In this document: positions 8,420 to 11,586 of the stretch, in pieces | Position numbering within the stretch: the first letter of the stretch is position 1 | Layout: the number at the start of each line of letters is the position of its first letter | Source: Octopus sinensis | Lineage: Eukaryota | Length of the DNA: 11,586 nt | NCBI RefSeq assembly: GCF_006345805.1 | Contig: NW_021826929.1 | Coordinates: 1-11,586, forward strand | Direction: 5' to 3' | Position numbers and translations under genes: made by a program | Notes under the pieces: generated by a model | Told to the model about the DNA's origin: nothing | The model's input: the letters and a program-made list of their open reading frames with translations, nothing else | Databases searched by the model: none

Positions 8420-8815
8420 TTAAAACAAAGAAAAATGAAATGGCAGGGAACGGACATTCGAAGAAGGAATTGCAAGAAAGAGAGGAGAAAAATACAAAAG
8501 AAAGAAGAAAGGCTATGAAAGAAACTAAGGAAAAGGAGGAAGAAAGAACGAATCCTGGAAAGAAAGAAAGCAAGAAATAAGGAAAGTAAAAAAAAAAAAC
8601 TTTATATAGAAGAAAATATTTTTTTAAAAAAGGGGAAAATACGAAGGAAGGAAAGAATAGTTAAGAAATATGGAGAAATTGAGAAAAAAGGAGAGAAAGA
8701 AATAACTGAATGACATTTGGAGATGAAAAACAAAAAGCAAGTAAGAAGGAAATGAAGAAGGTAGCCTGTATAGGAAACAAGAATGAGGGCAGGCAACGAA
8801 GAAGTAAAAGAGCGA
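8420..8815. repeat. Low-complexity purine-rich (GAA/GAAA-like) tract
   Basis: The + strand is strongly A/G biased over ~400 nt with no exact period. Confidence 0.8.
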
Positions 8816-8816
8816 G

Positions 8817-8817
<1 letters not shown>

Positions 8818-8871
<54 letters not shown>

Positions 8872-9040
8872 TGTGTGTATGTACAAATAGAGATGTAAAC
8901 AGACTTGTTTAAGGTGAAACATACATCTATAGACGTATGCTCGCATGCATATGTATACATACATACATATATATATATATATACATACATACATATATAT
9001 ACATACATACATATATATACATGCATACATACATATATAT

Positions 9041-9110
<70 letters not shown>

Positions 9111-9395
9111 ATATATATATATATATACACACGCTCACTTATATGCATATTAAATCACTCACACACACACACACACACATACGCAGACACACATCTGCAC
9201 TCTCAGACAATATATCAACAAAAACGTACACACCAAAATACAAAAATTAAATATAGAAAAAAATTAAGTACACACTCATACACACATACATACATATACA
9301 CATCCATACACATAGCCACGCACATACACATGCATACACATACACATGTATACACATACACACGCACGCATACATAAGCATGCATATACACACGC
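8818..9395. repeat. Compound microsatellite block (TG)n, (TACA)n/(TA)n, (TG)n, degenerate (CA)n
   Basis: Read directly; this block accounts for the Y/I/H/T/C/V-rich ORFs in the track. Confidence 0.93.
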
Positions 9396-9599
9396 GCAGA
9401 GATGAAACTACAACAAGAACAAAACGATTCGGCAGCAGTTAAGTTAATATCTGCCGACAAGAGAAGCGTATGCCAGCGCTGGACTTAAGGTTACGGGCTT
9501 AAATGATGATGGCGATATATGCATATGAATATTTATAAGTATTATTTCATATTCCGATAAAGAGATAGTTGTAGTATAAATTATATTGCTTCGCTGCCT

Positions 9600-9965
9600 C
9601 TACTTACCTACCTACATACCTACCATCACACCTACCTAATTCTTAAACCACCACCACCGCCACCACCACCTCCATCATCATCATAACTAAAATGGCCACT
9701 GCTTCTATATCAATCGCTACCGCTCACCGCCGTCGTTGGACGTCGACTGAAGGTTTGCTATCGCTGCTTGTTGTTGTTAGTTGTTTTTGCTGGTGATGTG
9801 ATTGCTGCTATGGATGGAGATGCAGCTACTGCTGCTCTTGTTGCCGCTGATGCTGTGATTGTTGTTGTCGTTATTGTTGATGTTGAAAGTTCAGTTTACC
9901 GAAAATTCATATCTCTACCTCCATAGCTCTCTCTCTCCTCCCCCTCTCTCTCTCTCTCTCTCTCT
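9600..9965. repeat. Short (CTAC)n, (CCA)n and (ATC)n repeats, degenerate (GTT/GCT)n and (CT)n
   Basis: (CCA)n ~9648-9670, (ATC)n ~9674-9683, decayed GTT/GCT ~9765-9885 and (CT)n ~9927-9965. Confidence 0.8.
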
Positions 9966-10109
9966 ACCTAGCTAGCTAGCAGCCAGCTTGCTTCGACAAC
10001 GGGTCGAAGCATCGATATTTCAAACGATATGAACAGAACGAGATATACGTTTAATACGAAGCATACGATACGTACACACGTATAATACCACAATCACACG
10101 CATAATCAT

Positions 10110-10345
10110 ACATTAACGTGCACACACACACATACACACACACACAAATATATATATATATACATATATATACATAACTACATAGATGGATGCATGAAAG
10201 TGCGTGTATTTGTTTGTGTGTGTGTGCGTATGTATAATAGTATATGAACATATATATAGAGAGAGATGTATGTATGTATGTATGTATGTATGTATGTATG
10301 TATGTATGTATGTATATATGTATGTATGCATGTATGTGTGTAACA
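10110..10345. repeat. Compound (CA)n/(TA)n/(TG)n/(TATG)n block
   Basis: Read directly; (TATG)n spans ~10267-10335. Confidence 0.9.
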
Positions 10346-10511
10346 CCGCATTCGTATGGGACAAGTTACATACATCTACACATATAGGTAGGATATAGGT
10401 GGGGCTCTTTCTTCCTCATTTTTCTTCTATCTCCACCCCAACAACATTCAACATTTCTCATCAGATCATCATAGCTAGCGTATATCTATGAAATCTACTC
10501 TTAGCAGTATT

Positions 10512-10524
10512 AATATATATGAAT

Positions 10525-10576
<52 letters not shown>

Positions 10577-10580
10577 TATG
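10512..10580. repeat. (TA)n array
   Basis: Read directly. Confidence 0.95.
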
Positions 10581-10738
10581 TAGATTGAAAGCCACTCCAC
10601 ATTCTTTATTTTCCTCCTTGTTTTTCTGTGTTCCTTTCCCTGGAAGAGCGTAGGCTCGAAACGTTAAGGATTTTTTCAATTCCCGTTTGTTGTCTGCACC
10701 AGCTATTTTCGTCTTTTGTTTTTTTTAAAACTCCCCTT
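10580..10738 (+). mobile_element. Short pyrimidine-rich insert within (TA)n with a degenerate hammerhead-like motif; probable Penelope-like terminal remnant
   Basis: A ~160-nt island with (TA)n on both sides containing TGGAAGAGCGTAGGCTCGAAACGTT (10641-10665). The NNGAAGA...CGAAACG architecture is characteristic of Penelope-like termini; the family assignment is inferred. Confidence 0.45.
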
Positions 10739-10868
10739 CTATATATATATCTATATATATATATATGTATGTGTGTGTGTATATATATACATGTATGTAT
10801 ATATCTATATATCTATCTATATATATATATATATATATATATAGGGAGAGAGAGAGAGAGAGAGAGAG

Positions 10869-10915
<47 letters not shown>

Positions 10916-10916
10916 C

Positions 10917-10987
<71 letters not shown>

Positions 10988-10992
10988 CAGAC
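10739..10992. repeat. Compound microsatellite (TA)n-(GA)n-(GATA)n
   Basis: TA-rich 10739-10843, (GA)n ~10846-10871 and (GATA)n ~10874-10992. Confidence 0.97.
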
Positions 10993-11362
10993 AGAAACGA
11001 GGAGAAAGAAAAAGATAAATTAAGTCTTACGTATGTATATACGCGCATAAGAACATTATTAGATATCTGCACAGTTGAGCATGTTTTCTCCTTACTATTT
11101 AAAGTAATCGCAATTTCAAGAGCACACACATAGTCCATTTCGTTATAGATATGTATTGCGAGCAAAGAAGAACGCACCGACCTGTGCACTGGCAGCGATT
11201 GTAAACTGCAAGACATGATATTGTCACTAGTGCGCCCTCCGTGTTTGAATTGGGTCCGGTGTATTTAATGGAATCGTTCTTTATTTGTTCGATTCTAAGA
11301 GGATGAAATGTAGAGGTGACTTGTGCGAAATTTATATGTATGTATATGATTACTTATACATA

Positions 11363-11586
11363 TCTTTATATATAAAAGTGAAGTTGTGTGTCTGTCTCTT
11401 ACGATATAGATTCCTAACTACTCCCACATTTTGCGGTGCAGTTTAACCAAAACCGGGTAACTTATAGTCGTGATTCATATCGAGCCCTTCTGGGTATTAG
11501 CGCGCGTCTACGATGAGTCTACGATTTAAAAAAAAATTACCATAATTTTTTTCCATTTTAATGCATTTTTTCGCATTATATAAGGG
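11363..11586 (+). mobile_element. Probable 5' end of a non-autonomous Helitron, running off the window
   Basis: A|TC junction at 11362/11363 followed by TCTTTATATATAAAAGTGAAGTTGTGTGTCTGTC, the TC+T/A-rich+TATAAAA+GT-rich start I recall from animal non-autonomous Helitrons. The 3' hairpin and CTRR end are not in the window. Confidence 0.5.

Noticed and set aside
9690-9890. Possible low-complexity coding exon (poly-N/S/T/A on the - strand)
   Set aside because: The frames are interrupted by stops, I saw no convincing splice sites, and it fits decayed trinucleotide repeats.
785-10882. Many ORFs rich in Y/I/H/T/C/V/M (for example 785-1066, 866-1099, 3595-3820, 8191-8573, 8602-9460, 10051-10398, 10461-10882)
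   Set aside because: They are translations of (TA)n, (TACA)n, (TG)n and (CA)n repeats, which lack stops in some frames.
11149-11268. Short open frame after TATAG (ICIASKEERTDLCTGSDCKLQDM...)
   Set aside because: Weak acceptor, no recognisable homology and no clear donor.

Overview
This is eukaryotic, repeat-dominated genomic DNA with no prokaryotic-type genes and no recognisable host CDS. The microsatellite density and the SINE families resemble octopus/coleoid cephalopod DNA; this is an inference from recall and was not searched. The main element is a 5'-truncated CR1-group LINE on the + strand (~5169-8197) carrying essentially the whole ORF2 (APE endonuclease plus reverse transcriptase), broken by many 1-nt indels. 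Four pieces of one tRNA-derived CORE-type SINE lie on the - strand (410-809, 1676-2093, 4465-4604, 4834-5145). The window also has a probable second SINE family, two short segments with hammerhead-ribozyme-like cores (probable Penelope-like remnants), a probable Helitron 5' end at the right edge, and many simple repeats. Most ORFs in the supplied track are microsatellite translations. Best observations: (1) the SINE 3' end and the LINE 3' end share a double hairpin with compensatory changes, suggesting a SINE/partner-LINE pair in one window; (2) the LINE frameshifts are almost all +/-1 changes in homopolymer runs and I found no substitution stops, so the element may be young and the breaks may be assembly errors; (3) a CUGAGGA...GAAA...GUC hammerhead core on the - strand at 1284-1320.
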